Shown here piece by piece: positions 18,536 through 26,823 of a DNA stretch of 64,000 nt (the first letter of the stretch is position 1; each line of letters starts with the position of its first letter). The translations under genes and the position numbers were made by a program. The stretch comes from Clostridia bacterium (GTDB taxonomy: Bacteria > Bacillota > Clostridia > Oscillospirales > Acutalibacteraceae): NCBI GenBank assembly GCA_017473925.1, contig JAFUIY010000016.1:7252-71251 (forward strand). Direction: 5' to 3'. The notes beneath the pieces were generated by a model. It saw only the letters and a program-made list of their open reading frames with translations. It was not told where the DNA came from and made no database searches.

Positions 18536-19078
18536 CTATTTTGTTCCGATTATTGAGATTTTTTCAGCAGAAATATCGGTATTTGTCAGAACAATTTCCT
18601 TAATCTGCAGAATAGTTTCGGAATTCAGCACTGATTCACTGACAACCACTTCAATTGAATCATTTGTAATTACTGCGATACAATCACTTCCCGTTTTTGC
18701 TTTTACAAGATTTTCAATATTCACCTGTGCAATTTTGATTTCAGTCATATTGTTTATTGACTCTGCTGCTGTCAGAACAGATTGTTCATCTGAATTATCA
18801 TTCTCAATTATTTCCTTCAGAGTTGCAACTGCTTCGTCATAAGATTCATCACGGGACATTTTAGCACCTGCAAAGTATTCGTCAGATATATCAGTACTGT
18901 TTACATAAATCGCATCACCGAGATTTGCATTATTCACATTACTGAGTTCCGATGCATCTTCCGAAAGAACGGGATTTTTATCAGGACCGGTATAATACCA
19001 GTTTGCAAGAACTGCGACTCCCAATGCAAGTACAAGGCCTGCAAGCATGAAATGTCTTTTTTTTGCTGTTAATTTCAT
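18536..19078 (-). CDS. spoIIIAH: Stage III sporulation protein AH
   Basis: Last gene of the spoIIIA cluster. Single N-terminal TM (MKLTAKKRHFMLAGLVLALGVAVLANWYY). Start placed at ATG 19078, which has an SD GGGGAA. The track's 19141 start would overlap spoIIIAG. Confidence 0.8.
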   Translation of the reverse strand: MKLTAKKRHFMLAGLVLALGVAVLANWYYTGPDKNPVLSEDASELSNVNNANLGDAIYVNSTDISDEYFAGAKMSRDESYDEAVATLKEIIENDNSDEQSVLTAAESINNMTEIKIAQVNIENLVKAKTGSDCIAVITNDSIEVVVSESVLNSETILQIKEIVLTNTDISAEKISIIGTK

Positions 19079-19100
19079 TATGATTCCCCTTTTTGTTTTA

Positions 19101-19610
19101 TTAAGAAGCATTAGTACCGACATACACTCTGTCTGCACCAATGCCGAACAGCCTTGTTACAAGCTCCGTGATTTCTGATTTTATCTTCATACTGTTACCG
19201 CCGTCACAAACAACTGCTACACCCGAAATATCAGGGTTTTTTACACTGACAATCAGTCCCTCATCATTTCCTTCAGGTGATTCATAAAGCACGATTTCAC
19301 TGTTGACGGACTTTTTATCACCGTTATTTTCTGATTTTGAATTCTGTGCATAAATATTTTCACCTGACGAATTATATGTAATCATTACGCTGACATTTCC
19401 GACACCGTCTATTTTTGAAATTATATTTTCAAGCTTTTGCTGAATTTCGCTCTGCATATCAACATCGGAGGCTGATGTTGTTGTTTCATTGATACTTTCA
19501 GCTTCCGAATCAACGGATAATACTAATACAATCATGATGACGCATATCAGTGCAGCAACGGGAATAAGCTTTTTGTTATCTTTGATTTTATTTAAAATTT
19601 CACTGTTCAT
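19101..19610 (-). CDS. spoIIIAG: Stage III sporulation protein AG
   Basis: N-terminal TM, then a YscJ/FliF-like ring domain ending GVAVVCDGG...ELVTRLFGIGADRVYV. Confidence 0.85.
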   Translation of the reverse strand: MNSEILNKIKDNKKLIPVAALICVIMIVLVLSVDSEAESINETTTSASDVDMQSEIQQKLENIISKIDGVGNVSVMITYNSSGENIYAQNSKSENNGDKKSVNSEIVLYESPEGNDEGLIVSVKNPDISGVAVVCDGGNSMKIKSEITELVTRLFGIGADRVYVGTNAS

Positions 19611-20079
19611 AGATAATTATTTCAGGAATAATTCCCGTAAGCTCACCGACCTTGTTTTTTATAAGACTCATTTTTAATGAATCAATCTTTGAAATGTATA
19701 TTTTTATATTTTCAGTTGTAACAGCATTATTGTTATCAACGGCAAAAACAATTTCAATATTACATTTACCTGTAAGATAAGAATCAATTGTTTTATGTAT
19801 TTCTGTTTCCGTGATTCTGACTCCGTTGTTACAGATATATTCAAGTAACATAACTGAATATGCCTCCTGTTCAGACGAAATATTAAAATCCGTTTCAGAA
19901 TCGGATATTTCCGATAAATCAAACTTAAAAGCATGTGTTACAAGAATTGCAATAAGCACTAATGAATTAATCTGTAAAAACAGCTTCTTGAATACACCGT
20001 CCGGTATAAGATAAACAGACACGGCAGACAGAATTGATACTATACAGAATATCAAAGTAAATTCTTTTATACTGTCCAT
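19600..20079 (-). CDS. spoIIIAF: Stage III sporulation protein AF
   Basis: Two N-terminal TM segments plus a soluble domain. Operon position is between AE and AG. Confidence 0.8.
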   Translation of the reverse strand: MDSIKEFTLIFCIVSILSAVSVYLIPDGVFKKLFLQINSLVLIAILVTHAFKFDLSEISDSETDFNISSEQEAYSVMLLEYICNNGVRITETEIHKTIDSYLTGKCNIEIVFAVDNNNAVTTENIKIYISKIDSLKMSLIKNKVGELTGIIPEIIIYEQ

Positions 20080-20088
20080 GTAACATCC

Positions 20089-20289
20089 TCACTTATTGCT
20101 GAGAATAAGCAGCGTCGAAATTGAAATAAGAAATATAAAAATGATAAATACAAGCAAGCTGATAAGCATTGATACTACATATCTGAAGGATGATAACAGC
20201 TCTGAAATCTTATCGTTACTGACAGATGATGCGAGAAACTCACAGATATAAAAGGACAGACACCAGCAAAACAGTCCTGCAAATACAGG
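20089..20289 (-). other. spoIIIAE: In-frame continuation of spoIIIAE beyond its TGA (66 codons, hydrophobic)
   Basis: Own translation in the same frame as the ORF above: PVFAGLFCWCLSFYICEFLASSVSNDKISELLSSFRYVVSMLISLLVFIIFIFLISISTLLILSNK*. It ends at TGA 20089-20091, 9 nt before the spoIIIAF ATG. Confidence 0.7.
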
Positions 20290-21234
20290 TCAACAAGCGA
20301 TAATTAATATAATAATCCCCGTAATCCCGAAAGTATTCTTAAACAAACCGACTGCCGATACAACTGCTGACAAGCCTTCGCTCAGTGTTCCGCCGACAAC
20401 AGGTACGGATGAGCCGAGGACAAAACGGATTGAGTTGCCTGAAATTCTGTCAATGTCTGCTGATACAATATCTCTGATGGTAAGAACGCCAGAATACACA
20501 GCAGCAAGCAATCCAAGTATAAAGCTGAATAACTTTTTTATGAGCTCAACTAATCTGAATGGGCTGAATGCTGAATTAATACCTGACGAAACACAAAACG
20601 CAGAAATCATACACAGTAACGGTGTTAGAAATTCATCGCATACAAGAATTATCACTTCAGAGATATACAGTGAAATTGCTGATGAGCCTGATGCAAGTGT
20701 CGGGTTCCCGCCAAAGGCAATAATTGCCGTAAATACAGGGATTATCATTTTCATTAGTCCGCATAAAACCGATATTAAATTTACGGTTTTTGCAATAAGC
20801 TCTATTATGTATGAAAAAGACACAAGAGATACAAACAAAACCGAAATAAAATCAAAATAAGATGACATTTTACCTGTTGCAGGTAATAAGCTTCCTGACA
20901 ATACATTAAGAATCAGTATTACAGAAATAATCAGAATAAGCTGTAACGGCGCTGACAGATTGTCACCCACTATATCAAATATAGCTAACAATGTTTCTTT
21001 GAATGATAAATCTTTGTATTCATCAGGATTGAAAGTGTCAAAACCCAATGTTGACAGCAGTTCAAGTGTATCGGAATCAAGGTCATTTTTCAGCTCTGTT
21101 ACTGCATTTTCATAGAATTCAGCTTCAAAAATCTCCTCTGCATGTGCGTTAACTGTAAAGGATAAAAGCATTACAGCACATAACAACATGTTAAGTATAA
21201 TCACTTTACACATTTTCTGTCTAAATCTTATCAA
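20290..21234 (-). CDS. spoIIIAE: Stage III sporulation protein AE, truncated by an in-frame TGA at 20290-20292
   Basis: Signal-like N-terminus followed by polytopic membrane segments. Operon position is between AD and AF. 314 aa against about 400 aa expected. The start codon is uncertain (TTG 21234 or ATG 21213). Confidence 0.85.
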   Translation of the reverse strand: MIRFRQKMCKVIILNMLLCAVMLLSFTVNAHAEEIFEAEFYENAVTELKNDLDSDTLELLSTLGFDTFNPDEYKDLSFKETLLAIFDIVGDNLSAPLQLILIISVILILNVLSGSLLPATGKMSSYFDFISVLFVSLVSFSYIIELIAKTVNLISVLCGLMKMIIPVFTAIIAFGGNPTLASGSSAISLYISEVIILVCDEFLTPLLCMISAFCVSSGINSAFSPFRLVELIKKLFSFILGLLAAVYSGVLTIRDIVSADIDRISGNSIRFVLGSSVPVVGGTLSEGLSAVVSAVGLFKNTFGITGIIILIIAC

Positions 21235-21607
21235 TTATCTGTACCGTCAGCTCCACAATACCCTTGATTACAGGTATTGCCGCTGAAATCATTATTATTT
21301 TTCCTGCAAATTCAATCTGAGATGCAAGTGCCGAAGAGCCGTTATCCCTGCAGATATCCGATGAAAACTGTGCAACGACTGCAATACCGAGTGACCTGAT
21401 GATTATTCCGAAATATTCAGTTTCAAGCTCTGTACCGACAGTGTAATTATTTATCAGGTCAAGCATGTCACACATATACGGATATGCTATAAATGCTACA
21501 ATAATAACAGCACCGATCTGTGCGAGAACTGCATATTCAGGGCAGTTTTTTTTCAGTATTACATAAATTATTGTACCCGATACTGCAATTCCGATTATCT
21601 TCATCAT
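21221..21607 (-). CDS. spoIIIAD: Stage III sporulation protein AD
   Basis: 128-aa polytopic membrane protein in the expected operon position. Confidence 0.85.
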   Translation of the reverse strand: MMKIIGIAVSGTIIYVILKKNCPEYAVLAQIGAVIIVAFIAYPYMCDMLDLINNYTVGTELETEYFGIIIRSLGIAVVAQFSSDICRDNGSSALASQIEFAGKIIMISAAIPVIKGIVELTVQIIDKI

Positions 21608-21798
21608 AGGTCAAACACCGCTTTTATGTAATCAAAAAGTTCAATAAGATGGGGCAGAAGAATCATAAAAACGATTATAAGACCTGCAAGAGTAGTAACC
21701 ATTGTGTATTCATCTTTTCCTGAGCGTGATAACACCTGATTCAGAACTGCAACAATTATTCCGATTCCTGCAATTTTAAACAGAATATCAACATCCAT
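21604..21798 (-). CDS. spoIIIAC: Stage III sporulation protein AC
   Basis: 64-aa protein with two TM segments. Overlaps spoIIIAD by 4 nt. Confidence 0.85.
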   Translation of the reverse strand: MDVDILFKIAGIGIIVAVLNQVLSRSGKDEYTMVTTLAGLIIVFMILLPHLIELFDYIKAVFDL

Positions 21799-21811
21799 TA
21801 ATTTTCCTCCG

Positions 21812-22315
21812 TCAGAGAATAAGCAATGCGATCATAAGTCCTGCAGATACGGTGCAGACTGCATTTGTTTTTATTGTTTTAAGTTTCTTTTCTGCAGCAT
21901 TTTCTTTGAATACAGACAGCTGTGAAACAGCGCTGTCTGTATATTCCTTTATTTTATCAGACTGACATAAAAACAAATTATTTCCATAATGCTTCAGAAC
22001 ATCCTTTTCCCACTGATACAGTTTTATATCAGATGTCATAACAGCTTTCTCCCATGCTTCGGGTAATTTCATTCCCTCTTCCGTGTTTTTAATATATTTT
22101 CCGGGAATAGCAATTGCTGAATATTTATCTGACACATAAAGTGATCTGAGAATCTCATTTAAGGATTCTTTTTGATTAAACGCTCTCTCCCCTGTTTCTT
22201 TAACCATTGAAATGCATTCATTCAGGTGGTTGCAATGAACAGACTCTTTTCTTACAATTGTCACTGCAAGCAGAACTGAAATGCAAATAATAACAAATGA
22301 AAAATATACATTCAT
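21812..22315 (-). CDS. spoIIIAB: Stage III sporulation protein AB
   Basis: Start placed at ATG 22315, giving an ATGA overlap with the spoIIIAA stop. N- and C-terminal TM segments. Confidence 0.8.
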   Translation of the reverse strand: MNVYFSFVIICISVLLAVTIVRKESVHCNHLNECISMVKETGERAFNQKESLNEILRSLYVSDKYSAIAIPGKYIKNTEEGMKLPEAWEKAVMTSDIKLYQWEKDVLKHYGNNLFLCQSDKIKEYTDSAVSQLSVFKENAAEKKLKTIKTNAVCTVSAGLMIALLIL

Positions 22316-23232
22316 AATTCTGATTTCTCCGTACATATAACTTCTTTGATTTTTCCTGCATTCTCACTGCTGTCAAGCATTATAATTGTGTCAAAGCATC
22401 CTGACTCAATCAATTTTGAAGACACCTTCCTTTTATATAAATCATCAGCTGACGAAATATGTACACTGACGATGAATCTTACTCCCGTATGAAACCCTTC
22501 TGATATTTTTTCGACTTCTTCAGATGTTGAAATTTCATCACATAGTATTATTTCAGGCGACAATGTTCTGATTGCGTGTATTATTCCGTTTCTTTTACTA
22601 AAGCCTCTCAGAACATCACAATTAAGTGATTTTACTGATGTCAGCTCATTTCGTTCATCTATTATGACAAGTTTACAAACACCTGAATTGGTGTCGCAGG
22701 ATAATTTTTCAGCAATTGCTCTGAGTAATGTGGTTTTTCCACTGCATGGGCTACCGCAGATAATTATCCCCTCAAAAGGATTTTTCAATACATCATTAAT
22801 GATTTTAGGAATTATAATTTCTCCGGAAGCAATACGTATACATAAGGATTCTATATTTTTCAGATTGACAATTTTTCCGTTATCGGTAACAGCTTCACCT
22901 GAAATACCTATACGATGACCTTTTCCGTATGACAAATAACCGTTAAGAAGTTCATCCTGCTTCGAGTAAACAGAATAATCACAGGCTGCACTTATTATTT
23001 CATCAATATCCTGCTTTGTAATGTACAATGCTCCGTGATATGATAGTTTAGAATATGTATTATCGCTTTTTACAAAAACAGAACCATAATTTCCGTACAT
23101 CATCAAAGGTCTGTTATTTCTGATTCTCAATTCATAGGTCTGTATTTTTATGTCTTCATCAAAACAGGATAAAATACTTTTTATTCTGTAAGGTAGAATC
23201 TTTATTGCATCATCAAAATTTTCTGCTGCCAT
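22312..23232 (-). CDS. spoIIIAA: Stage III sporulation protein AA (secretion-type ATPase)
   Basis: Walker A GSPCSGKTTLLRAIA and Walker B VIIDE. Start placed at ATG 23232, 9 nt after GGAG. The track's GTG at 23241 is too close to the SD. Confidence 0.88.
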   Translation of the reverse strand: MAAENFDDAIKILPYRIKSILSCFDEDIKIQTYELRIRNNRPLMMYGNYGSVFVKSDNTYSKLSYHGALYITKQDIDEIISAACDYSVYSKQDELLNGYLSYGKGHRIGISGEAVTDNGKIVNLKNIESLCIRIASGEIIIPKIINDVLKNPFEGIIICGSPCSGKTTLLRAIAEKLSCDTNSGVCKLVIIDERNELTSVKSLNCDVLRGFSKRNGIIHAIRTLSPEIILCDEISTSEEVEKISEGFHTGVRFIVSVHISSADDLYKRKVSSKLIESGCFDTIIMLDSSENAGKIKEVICTEKSEL

Positions 23233-23251
23233 TTTTTTCACGCTCCGATAT

Positions 23252-23281
23252 ATAATATGCTTTCTTGTCCTGTTTTATTCC
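23252..23281 (-). promoter_or_regulatory. Possible sigmaE-type promoter of the spoIIIA operon
   Basis: Minus strand reads GGAATAAA, then 14 nt, then CATATTAT. This resembles the -35 ATA-type and -10 CATACAxT elements of B. subtilis sigmaE promoters. Matched by eye only. Confidence 0.3.
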
Positions 23282-23465
23282 TGACAAATAAATTGTACAA
23301 TTAATGAACCTTTAAGTTTTTTTCAATATTTTTCCGTATAATAAATTTCAAAAATCATTAATAATTCAAAATTTCAATTATTCTGTTCAGTAATAATATT
23401 AGACACTTTATCAAGTGTAACTGAGAATTAACATGTCTAATTATGTATTATTTGTAAATAAATTA

Positions 23466-23494
23466 TTGACAAAATTAAATTATAGTATTATAAT
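23466..23494 (+). promoter_or_regulatory. Consensus sigmaA promoter of the HTH gene
   Basis: TTGACA (23466-23471), exactly 17 nt of spacer, then TATAAT (23489-23494). Confidence 0.65.
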
Positions 23495-23523
23495 TTAAAT
23501 ATCTATTATACGGGGGTATAATC

Positions 23524-23967
23524 ATGGATGAATTAACACAACTCATCAAAAAAAATATCAAACTCAAGTTTTCAAGCACACGCCGTTTTTCTGAAGAGCT
23601 TGGTATTCCGCAGACTACTATCGTAAGTGCAATTAAAAACGGCGTAAGCGGAACAGCATTTGCAACTGTATGTAAAATGTGCAATGCTTTGGACATTAAA
23701 CTCATCAACGGTATTTATCCTGTTGTGGTTTCAGACACGACAAAAAATCTGATTGAAAGACTTTCGAAGCTTGATGAAAAAGGTATACATACTGTCAGCA
23801 CTGTTCTTGAAATGGAATATATCCGTTGCCGTGCAGAAGCTGAAGCAATTGCAATCGCAGAAAAAAATGCAAGAATTGAAGTTGCAAAAAATAATCCTGT
23901 AATCAGTTCAGCTCAGATCCCTTCCAAAACAGAAGTAAGTGATATTCTCAAAGCGATATCTGATTAA
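23524..23967 (+). CDS. XRE/CI-like helix-turn-helix transcriptional regulator, 147 aa
   Basis: N-terminal HTH (STRRFSEELGIPQTTIVSAIKNGVSG) and an Ala/Glu-rich helical C-terminus. SD GGGGG. Confidence 0.7.
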   Translation: MDELTQLIKKNIKLKFSSTRRFSEELGIPQTTIVSAIKNGVSGTAFATVCKMCNALDIKLINGIYPVVVSDTTKNLIERLSKLDEKGIHTVSTVLEMEYIRCRAEAEAIAIAEKNARIEVAKNNPVISSAQIPSKTEVSDILKAISD

Positions 23968-24023
23968 AATACAACTGTATCCGTAAAAAAATATTTCAAT
24001 ACTAAATATCAGATTATAATGAA

Positions 24024-24066
24024 TAATCCCTGACATAAATTTCAATGTCAGGGATTATCTATTTGT
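24024..24066 (+). terminator. Terminator hairpin after the HTH gene
   Basis: 14-bp stem: ATAATCCCTGACAT (24024-24037) with ATGTCAGGGATTAT (24045-24058). The following T-tract is weak. Confidence 0.6.
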
Positions 24067-24069
24067 TAT

Positions 24070-24111
24070 AAAGAAATAAATAAAGACTATGCCGGAGAAG
24101 ACATAGTCTTT
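24070..24111 (-). terminator. Terminator after the ACT-domain gene
   Basis: AAAGACTATG (24082-24091) pairs with CATAGTCTTT (24102-24111). On the minus strand it is followed by the T-rich ATTTATTTCTT. Confidence 0.6.
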
Positions 24112-24124
24112 AAACTAAGGTTTA

Positions 24125-24553
24125 TCAGAATAATGTTTCAGATGTTACAACATTAAATCCTTCTGAAACCAATGCTGTTTTTGCAGTTTCGTTGTTATCA
24201 ACTCTGAAAATCATATATGCATGACCGAGATTTTTAACAGAAAGAAATGCATAAGTATATTCGACTGCAATATCTGACTTTACAAGTACATCAAGAATAT
24301 TTGCAAGAGCACCGGGTGTATCGGGGATTTCAACTGCAAGAACTTCTGTTTCTGCAACAACATATCCGCCGTCCTTCAACACTTTTGCAGCAGTATCATG
24401 ATCTTCACATATAATCCTGAGAATACCGAAATCGTGAGTATCTGCAACAGAAAGTGCTTTCATATTAATTTTATTATCAGCAATATATCTTGTAACTTCT
24501 GCAAGCTTACCTGTTTTGTTTTCAACAAAAACTGAAATCTGTTTAACGCTCAT
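24125..24553 (-). CDS. ACT domain-containing protein
   Basis: 142 aa with two ACT-like repeats, in the typical position downstream of a PaaK-type ligase. Confidence 0.75.
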   Translation of the reverse strand: MSVKQISVFVENKTGKLAEVTRYIADNKINMKALSVADTHDFGILRIICEDHDTAAKVLKDGGYVVAETEVLAVEIPDTPGALANILDVLVKSDIAVEYTYAFLSVKNLGHAYMIFRVDNNETAKTALVSEGFNVVTSETLF

Positions 24554-24574
24554 TTTAGAATTCTCCTTTCAGAA

Positions 24575-25882
24575 TCAATCGTGAAGCTTACGCTTGTCAA
24601 CAACTCTTACAGCCTTGCCTTCACTTCTTGTAATTGACTTGGGAGATACAAGGTGAACAACAGGTCTGATACCGAGCATCTGTGTAATAGCAGCTGCAAG
24701 CTCTTTTTCTTTGACTGAAACAGCCTTGACTGTGTCAGAGAACTGTTCGGGATTAAGTTCAACATAAACATCAAGTGTGTCTGTATTGTTTGCTCTGTCA
24801 ACTTCAATCATATAGTTAGGTGAATAGCCTTCGCTGAGAAGAACAGTTTCAATCTGTGACGGGAATACATTGACACCGCGGATAATAAGCATGTCATCGC
24901 TTCTGCCCATGGGCTTACTCATTCTGATAAGAGTTCTGCCGCAAGAACACTTTTTGCGAGAAAGAACACAGATATCTCTTGTTCTGTATCTGAGAAGGGG
25001 GAAAGCTTCCTTATCAATGCTTGTAAATACAAGCTCACCCTTTGTTTCTTCGGGAAGAACCTCACCTGTATCGGGGTTGATGATTTCAGGAATAAAATGG
25101 TCCTCGTTAACATGCATACCGCCCTGCTCACAGCATTCAAAGGAAACGCCCGGGCCGCTTGTTTCGGTAAGACCGTAAATATCATATGCCTTGATACCCA
25201 GTGATTTTTCAATATCACGGCGCATCTCTTCTGTCCAGGGTTCAGCACCGAAAATACCTGCTTTGAGGTCAATATCATCAGGTTTAAGCCCCATATCCTT
25301 GAGTGTTTCACCTATGTATGCAGCATATGAAGGTGTACAGCAGATGATTGTTGAATGAAGATCCTGCATAAACTGAATCTGTCTTTCTGTATTGCCTGAA
25401 GACATGGGAAGTGTAAGACAGCCAACCTTATGTGAACCGCCGTTAAGACCGGGGCCGCCTGTAAAAAGACCGTAGCCGTATGCAACCTGACATACATCTT
25501 CATTTGTACCGCCTGCTGCAACAATAGCTCTTGCACAGCAGTCTTCCCACAAGTCAACGTCTTTCTGTGTATAGAAAGCAACAACTCTCTTACCTGTTGT
25601 ACCGCTTGTTGACTGAATTCTTACGCAATTCTTCAGGTCTGTACCGAGAAGACCGTAGGGATAAGCATCACGAAGGTCTGCCTTTGTAAGGAAAGGTAAC
25701 TTATGAAGATCATCAACTGACTTGATGTCATCAGGTGTTACACCCTTTTCATCCATAAGGTCACGATAGTATTTTACATTTTCATATACATGTTTAACCT
25801 GAGCAACGAGCTTTTCGTTCTGAATCTTAAGCATTTCTTCACGGGAAGCGCATTCTATTTCAGGCTGATAGTAATTCTGCAT
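24575..25882 (-). CDS. paaK: Phenylacetate--CoA ligase family protein
   Basis: SSGTTGK adenylation motif (IQSTSGTTGKRV), YGLTE and RYRTRD. Start placed at ATG 25882 (SD AAAGGA, 9-nt spacing). Confidence 0.88.
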   Translation of the reverse strand: MQNYYQPEIECASREEMLKIQNEKLVAQVKHVYENVKYYRDLMDEKGVTPDDIKSVDDLHKLPFLTKADLRDAYPYGLLGTDLKNCVRIQSTSGTTGKRVVAFYTQKDVDLWEDCCARAIVAAGGTNEDVCQVAYGYGLFTGGPGLNGGSHKVGCLTLPMSSGNTERQIQFMQDLHSTIICCTPSYAAYIGETLKDMGLKPDDIDLKAGIFGAEPWTEEMRRDIEKSLGIKAYDIYGLTETSGPGVSFECCEQGGMHVNEDHFIPEIINPDTGEVLPEETKGELVFTSIDKEAFPLLRYRTRDICVLSRKKCSCGRTLIRMSKPMGRSDDMLIIRGVNVFPSQIETVLLSEGYSPNYMIEVDRANNTDTLDVYVELNPEQFSDTVKAVSVKEKELAAAITQMLGIRPVVHLVSPKSITRSEGKAVRVVDKRKLHD

Positions 25883-25915
25883 TACAATCAATCCTTTCTG
25901 TTTATTATGTGTATA

Positions 25916-25943
25916 ATTATACGCTAAAAGAATTAAATGTCAA
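25916..25943 (-). promoter_or_regulatory. sigmaA-type promoter for paaK
   Basis: Minus strand: TTGACA, 16 nt of spacer, TATAAT. Confidence 0.5.
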
Positions 25944-25974
25944 TAAATATATAATAATTTTATTGAAAATTCTA

Positions 25975-26002
25975 TTGAAATATTTGTCAGATATGTTATA
26001 AT
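25975..26002 (+). promoter_or_regulatory. sigmaA-type promoter (extended -10) for the PAP2 gene
   Basis: TTGAAA (25975-25980), 16 nt of spacer, then TGtTATAAT. Confidence 0.5.
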
Positions 26003-26030
26003 TAAGAAAATAATTTCAGGAGGTTCTTTT

Positions 26031-26729
26031 ATGATTCCTTTATCGGAAGCTGTTGTACCGTCAGCATTTGCCGTCTGGCTTGATACAGTTTTTGCAAATT
26101 TTGATTTTTCCGTTTTTGAATTTTTCGGCAAATTACATACAGATTGGCTCACACCTATTGTAGAAGCTTTCACTCATTTAGGTGACTCAGAGTTTATTAT
26201 TCCCCTTGCAGTTGTAGGACTCATCCTCTGTCTTTTCAAGAAAACAAGAAAAGTCGGTGCTACTCTTGTCCTTGCAATTGTTGTCGGAACTCTCATAACA
26301 AATGTTGTAATGAAGCCTTTTGTTCTCAGACCCAGACCTTTCCAGTCACTTGCAGATAATGCTCAGTACTGGCAGTGGTACACTGAAGCAGGTGCTCATC
26401 CCGAGTCACTTTTCAGAAGCTTCCCCAGCGGTCACACAACAGGTGCTTTTGAAATCGGCATGGCACTTTTCTTCTCAGTCAACAATAAGAAAATCAAGTG
26501 GATTTTCCCCGTTTACTCTGTTCTTATCGGTTGTTCAAGACTTTACCTTATGGTTCATTACTGCACAGACGTTATCGGCGGTATGATATGCGGTACTGTA
26601 GCTGCTGTTATTGCTTTCTTTATTGTAAAAGCAATTCTTTCAATTCTTGAGAAATCAGAAAAAGGTCTCCTTAAAAAAGTGAATGATTTTGACCTTGCAG
26701 AAGTAATCAAGTCAAAGAAAAAGGCATAA
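26031..26729 (+). CDS. PAP2-family phosphatase (membrane)
   Basis: Acid-phosphatase motifs KxxxxxxRP (KPFVLRPRP), PSGH (FPSGHTTG) and SRxxxxxHxxxD (SRLYLMVHYCTD). Confidence 0.88.
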   Translation: MIPLSEAVVPSAFAVWLDTVFANFDFSVFEFFGKLHTDWLTPIVEAFTHLGDSEFIIPLAVVGLILCLFKKTRKVGATLVLAIVVGTLITNVVMKPFVLRPRPFQSLADNAQYWQWYTEAGAHPESLFRSFPSGHTTGAFEIGMALFFSVNNKKIKWIFPVYSVLIGCSRLYLMVHYCTDVIGGMICGTVAAVIAFFIVKAILSILEKSEKGLLKKVNDFDLAEVIKSKKKA

Positions 26730-26737
26730 ACACATTA

Positions 26738-26765
26738 AACTGCGTCAAAGGGCGCAGTTTTTTTG
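26738..26765 (+). terminator. Rho-independent terminator
   Basis: ACTGCG, an 8-nt loop, CGCAGT, followed by TTTTTTT. Confidence 0.75.
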
Positions 26766-26793
26766 TTGACAATATATTTTTTTATGTTAAAAT
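26766..26793 (+). promoter_or_regulatory. sigmaA-type promoter (extended -10) for the GH5 gene
   Basis: TTGACA (26766-26771), 16 nt of spacer, then TGtTAAAAT (26785-26793). Confidence 0.5.
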
Positions 26794-26823
26794 GTAAATA
26801 TAAAATTTGAGGGAGATGCAGAC

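Noticed and set aside
20290-20292. Possibility that the in-frame TGA in spoIIIAE reflects stop-codon reassignment (code 4/25) or selenocysteine
   Set aside because: TGA terminates many well-delimited genes in this window at the expected protein ends, including ybaB, recR, the FGGY kinase, dxs, spoIIIAA, the fucosidase and the nitroreductase. It is therefore a normal stop here. A membrane-channel protein is not a plausible selenoprotein, and I saw no obvious SECIS-like hairpin directly downstream.
23524-23967. HTH protein as an antitoxin, phage repressor or prophage remnant
   Set aside because: There is no adjacent toxin-sized ORF, integrase, or phage structural or lysis gene. The gene is flanked by a core operon and its own terminator.
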